Source: Nitrospirota bacterium (GTDB lineage: Bacteria > Nitrospirota > UBA9217). Taken from it: DNA of 64,000 bases. The position numbers and the translations under genes were made by a program. Under the pieces are notes generated by a model, which had not been told where the DNA came from, did no database searches, and saw only the letters and a program-made list of their open reading frames with translations. Numbering within the stretch: position 1 is the first letter of the stretch; every line of letters starts with the position of its first letter. This document shows, piece after piece, positions 43,565-54,120 of this stretch. The stretch covers positions 1,504,001-1,568,000 of the forward strand of contig CAVTRN010000002.1 of the NCBI GenBank assembly GCA_963737155.1, in the 5' to 3' direction.

Positions 43565-44100
43565 TTATATAGCCTTGCATAAATAGGGCTACCTCTGCTT
43601 ATTTTCTCTTAGCTCCGCTAGCTGCTTATATGAACTAAACATGTACCGTTATTAACGCAAGTTGGCAAACATCCGGGTGGATGTTAATATTGCTGCGCTT
43701 TTGTTGATCAAATTGATTTTAGGCAATGCAATTTTAGAGTATTAAGGATAAGCTCACGATCGTTCGGGAGCTTCTTCTTGAAAATATGTTTGCCGTTCTC
43801 ATCCTCAATGCCAAGGTACGTGTTGTTTTAATGTAGGTCTAATCCCGTGAACAATTTCATATAGCATCTCCAAGGTTAGAATGGGCCTCTTTCCTTAAAG
43901 CATACCAGAGTGCCGATTCGCTTTGGTATGCTGAGGTGTCTTCATATGATTATCAACGATGGTAGTGTATTTGATGGGCAAGAGTGCAATGGTGGTATTT
44001 AAAGGGAAATCACGAACGAGCTCGCTGGGAGTTGGATGGTTCAGGTGGTAATGATTGGTTGACGTTGGCCATGGGGCAAGGGTAAAATAGTAAGGACCGA

Positions 44101-44958
44101 ATGAACAGCAAAGCAACCGTACGAGCATGTCGAGAGAGCCTCCTCGAGTTGATGAAATGGCTGGTGGGGGTTGCGATCGGATTCGTTCACCAGACGCCCA
44201 GGCTCCACGCTCCGATGCAACCCGACGGCTGGAGTGCCCAGCCCCTATCGGTTGCGTGCCGCTTTGCCCCTGATGCCGACCTTGATCACGCCACCGGAAC
44301 GCCCGTGGGGGACGAGGGATTTTACCTCTACATCCTGAACGAAGCTGCCAATTGGGACTACAGCGATGCGAAGTCGATTCTCTTCTCGATTTGGCAGCGT
44401 CCGTGGGCGCATAGTTGGATCATCCTGGAAAGTCCCCAGGATCGTCAGGAATTCGGCCACACCGGCGACTTCGGGCAAACGAGGCCGCGTTACCATGAGG
44501 GCGTGTTTCAGAGAATTCGGGATGGGCATCCCGATCCTATCGCTTACTTGTGGCAAATGATGTCCGATGGCCAATTCCAGATTGGCAAGCCCAATCGCCC
44601 GCCCTCGTTCGTCTGGCGAATGCCGATTACCCGGCGACGGTATCAATTGATCTATGAATATGTGTTGCAGCGGAAGTATGGCCAGTTCGGCGTGAGGGCC
44701 AACAACTGCACCGATATGGTGATAGAAACGGCGGCGCTGGCGGGTATCAACCTGATTCACCGCATTCGCCTCACCTTGCCGCCGGAAGCAAAGGTTTGGG
44801 GTCGGACGCGGCGTGTTTGGACGGATCCCCAATACCGCATACTGGAGTACAGTACGCCCGACGTTCTGGAGGCAGATCTGCGCCAGCTTGCCCGGTTAGG
44901 GATCGGGAGTGATGCCACGGAGTGGCATCTTGCTTTGATGCGGGGACGATCGAGCTGA
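44101..44958 (+). CDS. hypothetical protein, possible permuted papain-like (His...NNC) fold
   Basis: AHSWII and YGQFGVRANNCTD motifs. Confidence 0.7.
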   Translation: MNSKATVRACRESLLELMKWLVGVAIGFVHQTPRLHAPMQPDGWSAQPLSVACRFAPDADLDHATGTPVGDEGFYLYILNEAANWDYSDAKSILFSIWQRPWAHSWIILESPQDRQEFGHTGDFGQTRPRYHEGVFQRIRDGHPDPIAYLWQMMSDGQFQIGKPNRPPSFVWRMPITRRRYQLIYEYVLQRKYGQFGVRANNCTDMVIETAALAGINLIHRIRLTLPPEAKVWGRTRRVWTDPQYRILEYSTPDVLEADLRQLARLGIGSDATEWHLALMRGRSS

Positions 44959-45018
44959 TACGTGGGCGCATCGGGTGGAATATACCCAACTGGCGAATTG
45001 TCATTAAAAGGTGAATGC

Positions 45019-48000
45019 ATGGTGATGAAGCAGAGGTCTGACATAGTGGCTGAGCATGGGATCTCTATCATCGGTTTTGTCTGGCGGCCTGAGGAGATCA
45101 CCCCATCGGTGATTCAAATGGCTCAGCGAACAGGGAGTAGGGCCGTCTTCGATTTTTCCATGACGAGGGTGGAGGGGTTACGTTCTTTCTTGCGAAAGGC
45201 TGACCCTGCCGGCCGCGTTAGGGACATCAAAATTGCTGTCCCTGCCTTCTTTGATCCATCGTTGGGGCAGTTATTGAAGGAAACTGGGGTCGACGACATC
45301 TGGGTAGAGTGCCATCCCGAGTTCTTTCAGGGAGATCCTTCCCTCTTTATGCAGCGATTGAGGGAATTGTCGGAAAACCACCATTGCTTTCCCATCATCG
45401 GTGACATGGATCTCCTGATAGCGATTTTGAAGGATAGCTCGGGCATCGGGCGCATCGTCCTGAAAGGATGCGAGGCCTCTGGATTTGTGAGCGGTGAGAC
45501 GACCACGGCTCTCTATTCGATGGCCAAGGAAATGCTGCATTCGCCCTCAAATGCTCTCGACATCCTAATCTGGGGAGGCGTCTCTACCCCTGAGGCGGCA
45601 GCGGCATTTCTGTCGACCGGGGCAACTGGGATCGTTTTCGAGAGCGTCCATTGGCTGACAGATATGGTTGCCATGGATGATGTTCAACGCCAGCAACTCT
45701 CCAATCTCCGCCTGGATTCTACCGATCTGGTTGGCTTGGATCTGCAGGTTCCCTGTCGCCTTTTCAACAAAGGAAACTCGCTTGCGTTCAAGGAGATTAA
45801 AACGTTTGAGGATTCGCTGCGCGGAGCGGAGATTACGGAAGAAAGCCGCCGCTCTTTTGTAAGCCAGGTGTATGCCAGTGCCCTCCATCCTTTGGAAAGC
45901 CGTTTCGGTCAGTATGAGGTCATCCCTCTTGGCGTGGAAGCTGCCTTTGCTGGGTCGTTTGTTGAGCGTTTTGGGGCTGGAACTGAGGAGGCCGTGAAAG
46001 CCTTCATCGACGAAATTCGTAACACATGCCGACTGGCTGAGGCAAAAAAGGATTGCTTTCTGGACAGTCCTGTCGCCAGAGAGATGGGAACCCTCTACCC
46101 CTTTATCCAGGGTGCCATGTCCTGGATCACGGATGTCCCGGAGTTTGCCGCTAGAGTTGCTGATGCCGGTGGATTGCCCACCATCGCCCTTGGCCTGATG
46201 GACGCAGAGACCCTTGACCGGAGGCTGGGACGCTTGCCGGAGATCATGGGGGGGCGCCCTTATGCAGTGAATGTCGTCTCTTTGGCAGAGAACCCTTTCC
46301 GGGAAACGCATTTGGCCTGGATAAAGAAACAGAGACCCAGTTTTGTCGTGATCGCAGGTGGCGATCTCTCCCCTTTGAGAGAATTGATAGAATGCGGCTT
46401 AGGGGTTATGTATATTGCTCCTGATGAGGCGCTGCTGAAACTCGCCGTGGAAGCCGGCGTTCGGTACGTGGTCTGCGAGGGGTATGAGGCCGGCGGCCAC
46501 GTTGGGCAGCATAGCACGCTAACCCTTGCTCAAATGGTGCTGGATCTGAAACGGCGCACGCCATCCCTGTTCAAGAACTGTCGCGTGATCCTTGCAGGGG
46601 GAATCTTTAATCGGGAGACCGCATTCATGGCCGCCATGCTCGGCGCGGACGCCATCCAGATGGGCACCGCCTATCTGGCCACCCAGGAGATCGTTGAAAC
46701 GGGCGCCTTGACGGCACTCTATCAGCGGCTGATTCTGAAATCGCCTCCGGGGGGAACAGTCGTTTCAGGCCGGGACACTGGACTTCGGGTGCGGTCCTTG
46801 AAGACCCCGAGAGTTGAAGCTATTTTATCTCTGGAGAGGGAGTTTGCAGCAGGCCACCAGGACGAGGCTTCTTTCCGGGTGAGAATGGAGGAAATGGCTG
46901 CGGGGAGCCTCTTCGCTGCAGCCCGGGGCATGGATAGGCCAGGCGAGGTGTCACTGGATGAACGGGCCTGTCTGGAACGAGGGCAATTCATGAGTGGGGC
47001 CTGCGCCGGTCTCATACGCGAGGTCCAAAATCTGCAGTCCTTTCACCGCGATCTGGCCGAGGGTCCTCTCTCGCTGCATCTGCCCGCTGTGGGTTCGATC
47101 GAGAGAACCGCGGAGGCGCCATTCTCCTCGGTCAGCCCGGGACGGAAGCGAGTTGTGCCCCACGGAGACGATCGTGAAAGGGTTGCCATCACCGGGATGA
47201 GCATACTTAATGCCCTGGGGAAGAGTCCGGAGGAAGTCTGGACTTCAAGCCTGGCCATGAAGAGCGGGATTACCTTGGTTCCGCCTTCGCGGTGGGATCA
47301 CACACTTTTCTATGATCCCCGGCCGAACGTTCCGGACAAGACCTACTGCAAGGTGGGCGCCTTTACCGATTTTCATATTTCTCGCAATGACCTCGGGATT
47401 TCTCCCCATGATTTCCGTTCCATGACCGAAGCAACAAAGATCACCCTGTGGTTGGCGGACAAGGCCATCCGGGCATCGGGTATCCTCGATTCGGACATCC
47501 CGCGCGAACGGATCGGCGTCCTCATCTCCCAGAACTCGGGAGAGGCGGCAGGGGTTCTTACCAATACCATAATCAGGGCGTACGTTCACGATATCCTCAT
47601 TTCCGCCAAAAGGGCCGTGCACCTTACGCCGCACCAGGAGAGCGCCATCGAACGAGAGGTGAAGTCAGGACGCATGTCACCTGACGACACCACACTTCTG
47701 GGCAGACTCAATTGCGCGGTGGCCGGCTTCATCTGCAGCCGGTATGGGTTCATGGGGCCAAGCTACGCCGTCTCTGCAGCCTGTGCGACCTCGCTGGTTG
47801 CACTTCACAGCGCCATCCAGATGATCCGGAGCGGTATCATCGATGCAGCCATCGTTGGCGGGGGCGAGGAGAATCTCACTCATTTGCATTTTCTGGAATT
47901 CTCCGCCCTGGGCGCACTTTTCGGGATGTCCGGAAAGGAAAGACCCGCTCACGAGACCTCCCGTCCCTTCGATGCAGAACGAGATGGGATGATCCTCGGC

Positions 48001-51000
48001 GAAGGCGGGGGGATGATCGTCATCGAGCGGGAAAGCCTGGCCCGCGCACGAGGGGCGCGTCTCCACGCATTCGTGACAGGCATGGGAGCGAGCAATAACC
48101 ATCTGAGCATGGTGGAGTCCTCCCATGTCACCCAACAGATGGCCATCCGTGCCTCTTTCCGAGGGATACCCTATGGACCCGATGCCGTGGACCTCGTGGA
48201 ATGCCATGCCACGAGCACCCGGCAAGGGGACGTGGAGGAGGTCCGCGCTCTGAAGGCCGTCTTCAATTCCTCCAAGCGCACCGTGATCACCTCATTCAAA
48301 TCCCAGATAGGACACACGCTGGGCGCCTCGGGTATTAACAGCCTCATTCGAGGAGTCACGGCTATGAAGGCGGGGATTTTTCCTCCTACCCTCAATTATA
48401 TGCATCCAGATCCGGAAATCGACTTGAACGGATCGGGTCTCCTCATCGCCCCGGAGCCACTTGACTGGACTTGCAGGGTCGGCGAGCCAAGAAGGCTTCA
48501 GGTCAATGCCTTCGGGTTTGGAGGTTCCAACTACGTTGCGCAGGTGGAGCAGGCTATGGATGAATCGGATACGATCCTGGTCTCACCCGGCAGAGAATCC
48601 GGACTTGATAGAGAGAAGAGGGATGGCTCTCCCACGCTCCAAGGCGTTTTTTTCTTTCGAACTGAGATCGACGGCCGCAATCTCCGGCTGGCCGTCGTGG
48701 CGCAAACCGAAGAGAATGCGCTCATGGTCATCGAAAGGTCGGCCTCCATCGTCGAAGCCGGGGTTGCCTCACCCAGAATATTGAGATCCTTGGCGCAGCA
48801 GGGGATTTTCATGAGCCCCGAGGATATGCCGGCCCTACCGCTTGCCTTTGTATTTCCCGGACAGGGATCACAGTACGGAGGAATGGGGCTGGATCTCTAC
48901 GAGTCCTTTCCCGTCATCAAGGAGTGGATGGATCGGGCTGCAGTTGTAGCGGACTTCGACCTCCTTCATTTATTGTTCCACGATCGAGAGGAGAATCTTC
49001 AGAAGACCCGGTGGCAGCAACCTGCCATGTTCGCCATGGAACACGCCATGGCTCGATACCTCACTACTCTGGGTATCCATCCCGTGGCCATGGCTGGCCA
49101 TAGTTTGGGCGAACTGATCGCCTTGTGCCTGGCCGGTGTCTATTCCGCGGAGGACGGATTTCGAATTGTGAACAAGAGGGCCCTCTGCATGGACAAGGCC
49201 GCTGCCATTCACAGGGAACCCGGCGTCATGGCGGCCGTGGACGCTCCCCTGGATCTGCTGAAAGAGATGATCCGGGGACGGGAGAATGTCCACATCGGCA
49301 ATATTAATTCACCGAACCAGGTCGTCCTGAGCGGTAACACCGGGGCGGTCAAGGATATTGGCAAAAGACTGAAGGAAATGGGATACCGGGCCACCCTGCT
49401 GCCGGTTAGCATGGCCTTCCACTCTCCTAACATGAGGGTCATTCATGACGAGCTCGAGGCGTACATTGCCTCCATTCCATTTAATTCCCCGCAGATTCCG
49501 GTCATCTCCAACACGACCATGGCACCGTATCCGTCAGATCCCGGGGAAATCAGGCGAATCCTGATGGCTCACCTGGAATCTACCGTCCATTGGATGAATA
49601 ATGTCCAGACCCTCTGGAATGACTACGGAGCCCGGCTCTTCGTGGAGGTGGGCCCCGGAGAAATACTAAGCAATCTCATCTCAGACACGCTTCCTGAACC
49701 GGTATGCATCCAGACGTGCCTTCCTTCCGCAGAGGGCCTGACCTACAAGACCGCTCTCGCTCAGCTCTTCGTTCAGGGTCATCTAAGGGCTGAAGGAGAA
49801 CTGCGGTTTGTTCCCCTCCCTGCAGTCGGAAAAACTCCTGGGTCTCGCCGGATCGCCCCGGCACCCTCGTTATGGCCGTCGGAACCTGGGCTTGCAGGCT
49901 CCAACCCGGTGGAGAGGATCATCCAAAGGGAAATCAACCGATTCGTGATGAAGAACTTCGGACGCTCCCTTAAGCCCAACATCCTGGAAGCGATCCGCCA
50001 GGAGCTTGACCCAACATTCCAGGAAGGCGACCTGTCATCCGTCATCAGATCCATGTTTGAGGGTTCCGGGCCTCCTGAAGATCAGAAACAGGTCGTTCTC
50101 GGTAAACCGGCATCCCCGTATTTCGATTCCACACGTTCCATTCCGGGACAGGCCTCACTTGCCCCCGGTGAGGCGTCCGAGGGCCAGGATCTTATGGAGA
50201 GGCTTATACGGATCATCATGGATGCTACAGGGTTCAATAGGGAGGAGATCCAACCCGATATGGATCTCAGGAAGGACCTCTCCATCCGGTCCAGCCGCCT
50301 CCCCATCATCATGGATGCTGCGGAACGCCAATTCGGGATCACTATCGAATTGGAGGATTTTATCAATGTCCGCACTGTGAAAGACATTGCCCAGAGAATC
50401 TCCAAGATAATCGCCAGGCAGGGAGGTACCGTCCTGACGCCAGCCACTCAGACGGCTGAAGCGGGCTTCATGCACGGTAAAGCCCTGAAGCCCTCTCCGG
50501 CCATTCCGGGACAGGCCTCCCTTGCCCCCGGTGAGGCGTCCGAGGGCCAGGATCTTATGGAGAGGCTTATACGGATCATCATGGATGCTACAGGGTTCAA
50601 TAGGGATGAGATCCAACCCGACATGGATCTCAGGAGGGACCTCTCCATCCGCTCCAGCCGCCTCCCCATCATCATGGATGCTGCGGAACGCCAATTCGGG
50701 ATTACTATCGAATTGGAGGATTTTATCAATGTCCGCACTGTGAAAGACATTGCCCAGAGAATCTCCAAGATAATCGCCAGGCAGGGAGGTACCGTCCTGA
50801 CGCCAGCCACCCAGGCGGCTGAAGCGGGCTTCATGCACGGTGAAACCCTGAAGCCCTTACAGGATGAGTCGAGTTTAAAGCGGCTCGTATTCAAGAGCGT
50901 TCCTCTGAAGCTATCGGCCCCGGCTCCACTACAAATGAGCCCAGGCGAGTCAGTGCTTCTTCTGTCACCGGAAAGGGATGACGAGATTGCTAGGAATGTC

Positions 51001-53337
51001 GATGATATATTCCGGCAGGATTATGGGGTTGACACGATTCCCCAACTCTTTATGAAGGAGAAAGATGCTGGACAAAAAGATTGTGATATTCTAACTGATG
51101 AAGGATCCCGTAAGGTATCGGAGCGAATATCGAGTTTGACGTCCCTGGCCGGGTTGGTTATCACCTTACCGAAAGGTTGGTCGGGAAAGTTAAAGGGCAT
51201 GGCTGATGTTTCGCGACTCCTTAGGGGACTCTTTCTCCTCCTGAAGCCATTTCTTCAATCACCGGCAAAGAAATTCGTGGTGCTGATCCATTCCAGGGAG
51301 GATACCGAAACTCTCGGTCGGCTGCTGGCGGAAGGGATGCTTGGACTTTTTCTGAGCGCAGCGCAGGAACACCCATCTGTCCAGTTTCGCACCGTAGAGA
51401 TTGGGATCGATACCGACCTTCGCGTTGCCTTGCGCGATGCTCTGGACAGAGGATGCACTGTAGTGGAGATCATGCATCGTGATGGAAGGGTCTTCACTTC
51501 GGAGGCACACCTGGCCCCTTCAATTTTCGGGAATTCACCAGGTCTGGCCCTGAGCCCTGGAGACGTTGTCGTCATGTCCGGGGGCGCAACCGGGATCAGC
51601 GCTCACTTGGCCCGCAGCCTTGTGCCTTTCGCGCCCCGCCTGGTCTTTCTGGGAAGGACCCTTCTCGATTCAGGCATCCATCCAGAAAAGCCGCGGACCG
51701 GACATTCGGCTTCCGAGGCGTTCTCTTTAGACCCAAGGGCAGCGGAGATTGCCCGGATGCTTGCGGATCTGCACTCCGCGGGGGTCGAGGCAATCTATCG
51801 TACCTGCGATGTAACCGACCCCGAAGCGGTCCGAGCGATCATGGGCGAGGTGACAAACCATTATGGCAGGATCGATGGGATCATTCACGGCGCCGGTGTC
51901 CTCAGGGATGGCCTATTAATCCAAATGACCCCGGAGGATCTCTCCCTGGTCATGGACGTCAAATTCCTCGGGGCCTGGAATCTATTCTCAACTGCAGAGG
52001 GGGCCGGCCTGAGGTTTTTCGTGGGCCTCTCCTCGGCGGCCGCGATCCAGGGGAATCCTGGCCAGGCCAACTACGCTGCAGCCAACCGGATGATGTCTGC
52101 GTTACTCGGAAACCTCCGCCGGAAGAATGGCGCCATCCGGTTCAAGGCTTTGATGCTTCCCCCTGTCGAGGGGACGGGCATGGCTGAGGACCCGGAGGTT
52201 CGGGAACTGATGAAGCGGAAGGGCGCGGCGTACATCCATGTAAATGAGCTTGCGGGGCTTTTCTGCCGGGAGCTCTTCATAGCCCCGGCTGACGATGATT
52301 GGGTGATGTTCATGCGGAGGCTGCCATCCGTGAGGACGGCACTGCTCAACGATACAGCCCGTCCTTCACTCAGCGGAGAACTGGATGGAGGCACCGTATC
52401 CTTAAGCCCTGAAAACTTTCCCATGATAGAAAGGATCTCTTTTCTGGACATCTACCGGGAAGAACTGGAGGCCTTCAGATCCTTCTCCCGGGAGAAGGAT
52501 CATTGGATCGAGGATCATCGGCCTTTCAAGTTCGTCAAGCATCCTCTGGTCTCAGCCGCAATGGTCCTGGAGATATTCATGGAAGCCGCCCGTATGCTAT
52601 ATCCCCATCTGCAGGTGCGAGGAGTTAGCCGGGTGCGGTTCATGGACATGATTGAATGTCCCCCCGGGGTTCCACGGACTTCCAGGATATCGTGCCGCCG
52701 GACCGGCAACGGCCTTCGGGAGGTAGTGTGCGAGGTCTCTCTCGCAGCACAGGAGATCTCCCCCGCTGGGAGATTGACCGACCTTCTTACCCCGCACTGC
52801 AAGGGCCACGTGATCCTTGATGGCGGGGATGGCGGAGGAGAACATGTCGGAGAGGTGCTCCCGGATTTTACTGTCCGGCTGGACGAACTGCGGACGAGGC
52901 CCATGGATCATAAAAAAGTGATTAAATGGTATGAAGACCGCAGCGGCCTCGGAGGCAGGTATCGTGTGATGGAGTTCCTTGACGGTGCGGGTCCAAGAGT
53001 GGTGCGGGGCCGAACCATATACCGTGAGACAAGTGATTTCGCACATCTCCGGAGCACCCAGTACCAATATTCTCCCTACCTTTTCGAAGCCCTTTTGCAG
53101 ATGGCCGGCTTCCACGTCGCTGCAACGGACCCCTCAGAGCGACGATCGATGGTCCCCATGGAGATAGGGGACATGAGGTTCTTGCGCAAATGCCGGGCAG
53201 GGGAACAAATAACCCTGGAGGCCCGCATGCGGGCGCAGGATGACAAAGGCGTCGTCTGGGACGCCAGAGGGATTGACGACCAGGGCCGCACCGTCATGCA
53301 GATTCGTGGCATTCGGTTGCACTGGGTTTTGGATTGA
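45019..53337 (+). CDS. iterative type I FAS/PKS (Pfa-like): FabK/NMO-like x2 - KS - AT - ACP - ACP - KR - DH
   Basis: EAGGHVG, AGGI, QMGTAYL; KS ACATS / CHATST / IGHTLGAS; AT FPGQG / GHSLG / AFHS; KR GGATGI / YAAAN; DH DHRP...EALLQ. Confidence 0.93.
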   Translation: MVMKQRSDIVAEHGISIIGFVWRPEEITPSVIQMAQRTGSRAVFDFSMTRVEGLRSFLRKADPAGRVRDIKIAVPAFFDPSLGQLLKETGVDDIWVECHPEFFQGDPSLFMQRLRELSENHHCFPIIGDMDLLIAILKDSSGIGRIVLKGCEASGFVSGETTTALYSMAKEMLHSPSNALDILIWGGVSTPEAAAAFLSTGATGIVFESVHWLTDMVAMDDVQRQQLSNLRLDSTDLVGLDLQVPCRLFNKGNSLAFKEIKTFEDSLRGAEITEESRRSFVSQVYASALHPLESRFGQYEVIPLGVEAAFAGSFVERFGAGTEEAVKAFIDEIRNTCRLAEAKKDCFLDSPVAREMGTLYPFIQGAMSWITDVPEFAARVADAGGLPTIALGLMDAETLDRRLGRLPEIMGGRPYAVNVVSLAENPFRETHLAWIKKQRPSFVVIAGGDLSPLRELIECGLGVMYIAPDEALLKLAVEAGVRYVVCEGYEAGGHVGQHSTLTLAQMVLDLKRRTPSLFKNCRVILAGGIFNRETAFMAAMLGADAIQMGTAYLATQEIVETGALTALYQRLILKSPPGGTVVSGRDTGLRVRSLKTPRVEAILSLEREFAAGHQDEASFRVRMEEMAAGSLFAAARGMDRPGEVSLDERACLERGQFMSGACAGLIREVQNLQSFHRDLAEGPLSLHLPAVGSIERTAEAPFSSVSPGRKRVVPHGDDRERVAITGMSILNALGKSPEEVWTSSLAMKSGITLVPPSRWDHTLFYDPRPNVPDKTYCKVGAFTDFHISRNDLGISPHDFRSMTEATKITLWLADKAIRASGILDSDIPRERIGVLISQNSGEAAGVLTNTIIRAYVHDILISAKRAVHLTPHQESAIEREVKSGRMSPDDTTLLGRLNCAVAGFICSRYGFMGPSYAVSAACATSLVALHSAIQMIRSGIIDAAIVGGGEENLTHLHFLEFSALGALFGMSGKERPAHETSRPFDAERDGMILGEGGGMIVIERESLARARGARLHAFVTGMGASNNHLSMVESSHVTQQMAIRASFRGIPYGPDAVDLVECHATSTRQGDVEEVRALKAVFNSSKRTVITSFKSQIGHTLGASGINSLIRGVTAMKAGIFPPTLNYMHPDPEIDLNGSGLLIAPEPLDWTCRVGEPRRLQVNAFGFGGSNYVAQVEQAMDESDTILVSPGRESGLDREKRDGSPTLQGVFFFRTEIDGRNLRLAVVAQTEENALMVIERSASIVEAGVASPRILRSLAQQGIFMSPEDMPALPLAFVFPGQGSQYGGMGLDLYESFPVIKEWMDRAAVVADFDLLHLLFHDREENLQKTRWQQPAMFAMEHAMARYLTTLGIHPVAMAGHSLGELIALCLAGVYSAEDGFRIVNKRALCMDKAAAIHREPGVMAAVDAPLDLLKEMIRGRENVHIGNINSPNQVVLSGNTGAVKDIGKRLKEMGYRATLLPVSMAFHSPNMRVIHDELEAYIASIPFNSPQIPVISNTTMAPYPSDPGEIRRILMAHLESTVHWMNNVQTLWNDYGARLFVEVGPGEILSNLISDTLPEPVCIQTCLPSAEGLTYKTALAQLFVQGHLRAEGELRFVPLPAVGKTPGSRRIAPAPSLWPSEPGLAGSNPVERIIQREINRFVMKNFGRSLKPNILEAIRQELDPTFQEGDLSSVIRSMFEGSGPPEDQKQVVLGKPASPYFDSTRSIPGQASLAPGEASEGQDLMERLIRIIMDATGFNREEIQPDMDLRKDLSIRSSRLPIIMDAAERQFGITIELEDFINVRTVKDIAQRISKIIARQGGTVLTPATQTAEAGFMHGKALKPSPAIPGQASLAPGEASEGQDLMERLIRIIMDATGFNRDEIQPDMDLRRDLSIRSSRLPIIMDAAERQFGITIELEDFINVRTVKDIAQRISKIIARQGGTVLTPATQAAEAGFMHGETLKPLQDESSLKRLVFKSVPLKLSAPAPLQMSPGESVLLLSPERDDEIARNVDDIFRQDYGVDTIPQLFMKEKDAGQKDCDILTDEGSRKVSERISSLTSLAGLVITLPKGWSGKLKGMADVSRLLRGLFLLLKPFLQSPAKKFVVLIHSREDTETLGRLLAEGMLGLFLSAAQEHPSVQFRTVEIGIDTDLRVALRDALDRGCTVVEIMHRDGRVFTSEAHLAPSIFGNSPGLALSPGDVVVMSGGATGISAHLARSLVPFAPRLVFLGRTLLDSGIHPEKPRTGHSASEAFSLDPRAAEIARMLADLHSAGVEAIYRTCDVTDPEAVRAIMGEVTNHYGRIDGIIHGAGVLRDGLLIQMTPEDLSLVMDVKFLGAWNLFSTAEGAGLRFFVGLSSAAAIQGNPGQANYAAANRMMSALLGNLRRKNGAIRFKALMLPPVEGTGMAEDPEVRELMKRKGAAYIHVNELAGLFCRELFIAPADDDWVMFMRRLPSVRTALLNDTARPSLSGELDGGTVSLSPENFPMIERISFLDIYREELEAFRSFSREKDHWIEDHRPFKFVKHPLVSAAMVLEIFMEAARMLYPHLQVRGVSRVRFMDMIECPPGVPRTSRISCRRTGNGLREVVCEVSLAAQEISPAGRLTDLLTPHCKGHVILDGGDGGGEHVGEVLPDFTVRLDELRTRPMDHKKVIKWYEDRSGLGGRYRVMEFLDGAGPRVVRGRTIYRETSDFAHLRSTQYQYSPYLFEALLQMAGFHVAATDPSERRSMVPMEIGDMRFLRKCRAGEQITLEARMRAQDDKGVVWDARGIDDQGRTVMQIRGIRLHWVLD
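50138..50856 (+). repeat. 363-bp tandem duplication encoding two ACP domains
   Basis: Units start at 50138 and 50501 and are near-identical. Confidence 0.92.
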
Positions 53338-53385
53338 GCCTCCCGGACTCGGAAGGGACGCAGACCGGGAAGCAGGGGAGCGAAT

Positions 53386-54120
53386 GTGGCAAAGGATCGC
53401 GAAGGAGTAACCGTCCATACGATGAGTCCCGTTCCTCGAAGGGGGCCGGTCTTCTATGCATCCCTGCCACGTGACACCGAAGCCCCCACGGGACAGGGTA
53501 CGAACGGAGAAGATGACAAGCACCGCCTCGTCTCCGCCTTGTGGGATCACCTTGTGGCGATGGAAAATCCTCTTTGGAAACGCTGTCAATCTTCCACCAG
53601 CGCTGCTTTCCCAATTCAGGTGGTCCGCGGCCTGCTTGGCAGGCCCCATCTCCTGTTGGGAGAATCCCATGGTCCGGCCATCTCCTTCAGCGAGGGTGGA
53701 GGAAAAGTCTGGGCTGCTCTTTGTGGCGATGAGTCTGATATCGGCATTGATGCGGTAGGGACCGATGAATTCCATAGAGGATACCCTTATCAACGGGTCT
53801 TCCATCCGCAAGAGCTCCAACATGCCCAGGGATTGGCGGGCGGAGATCTGGAAATGGCATCAGCCCTGCTCTGGTCCATCAAGGAAGCCATAGTCAAGGC
53901 ACTGGGATGTGCATTCCATCTCGTGGATCCGCGGCAGATCACCGTCAATCCATCGGCAGGGGGGAACGGCGTGTATACCTTTCCGGTTGGCTTATCAGGG
54001 AAGGCCCTTGCGCGATTTCCCCTGGCTGCGCGTGGGTCCTTATGGGTGCATTCGCTTCCCCAGAGCAAGATGTGGCTTTCCATCGCCCTCTTGAACCGGA
54101 GACCAGCAGACCATGAATAA
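53386..54120 (+). CDS. 4'-phosphopantetheinyl transferase
   Basis: GRPHL, ISFS, IGID, WSIKEAIVKALG. Confidence 0.85.
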   Translation: MAKDREGVTVHTMSPVPRRGPVFYASLPRDTEAPTGQGTNGEDDKHRLVSALWDHLVAMENPLWKRCQSSTSAAFPIQVVRGLLGRPHLLLGESHGPAISFSEGGGKVWAALCGDESDIGIDAVGTDEFHRGYPYQRVFHPQELQHAQGLAGGDLEMASALLWSIKEAIVKALGCAFHLVDPRQITVNPSAGGNGVYTFPVGLSGKALARFPLAARGSLWVHSLPQSKMWLSIALLNRRPADHE

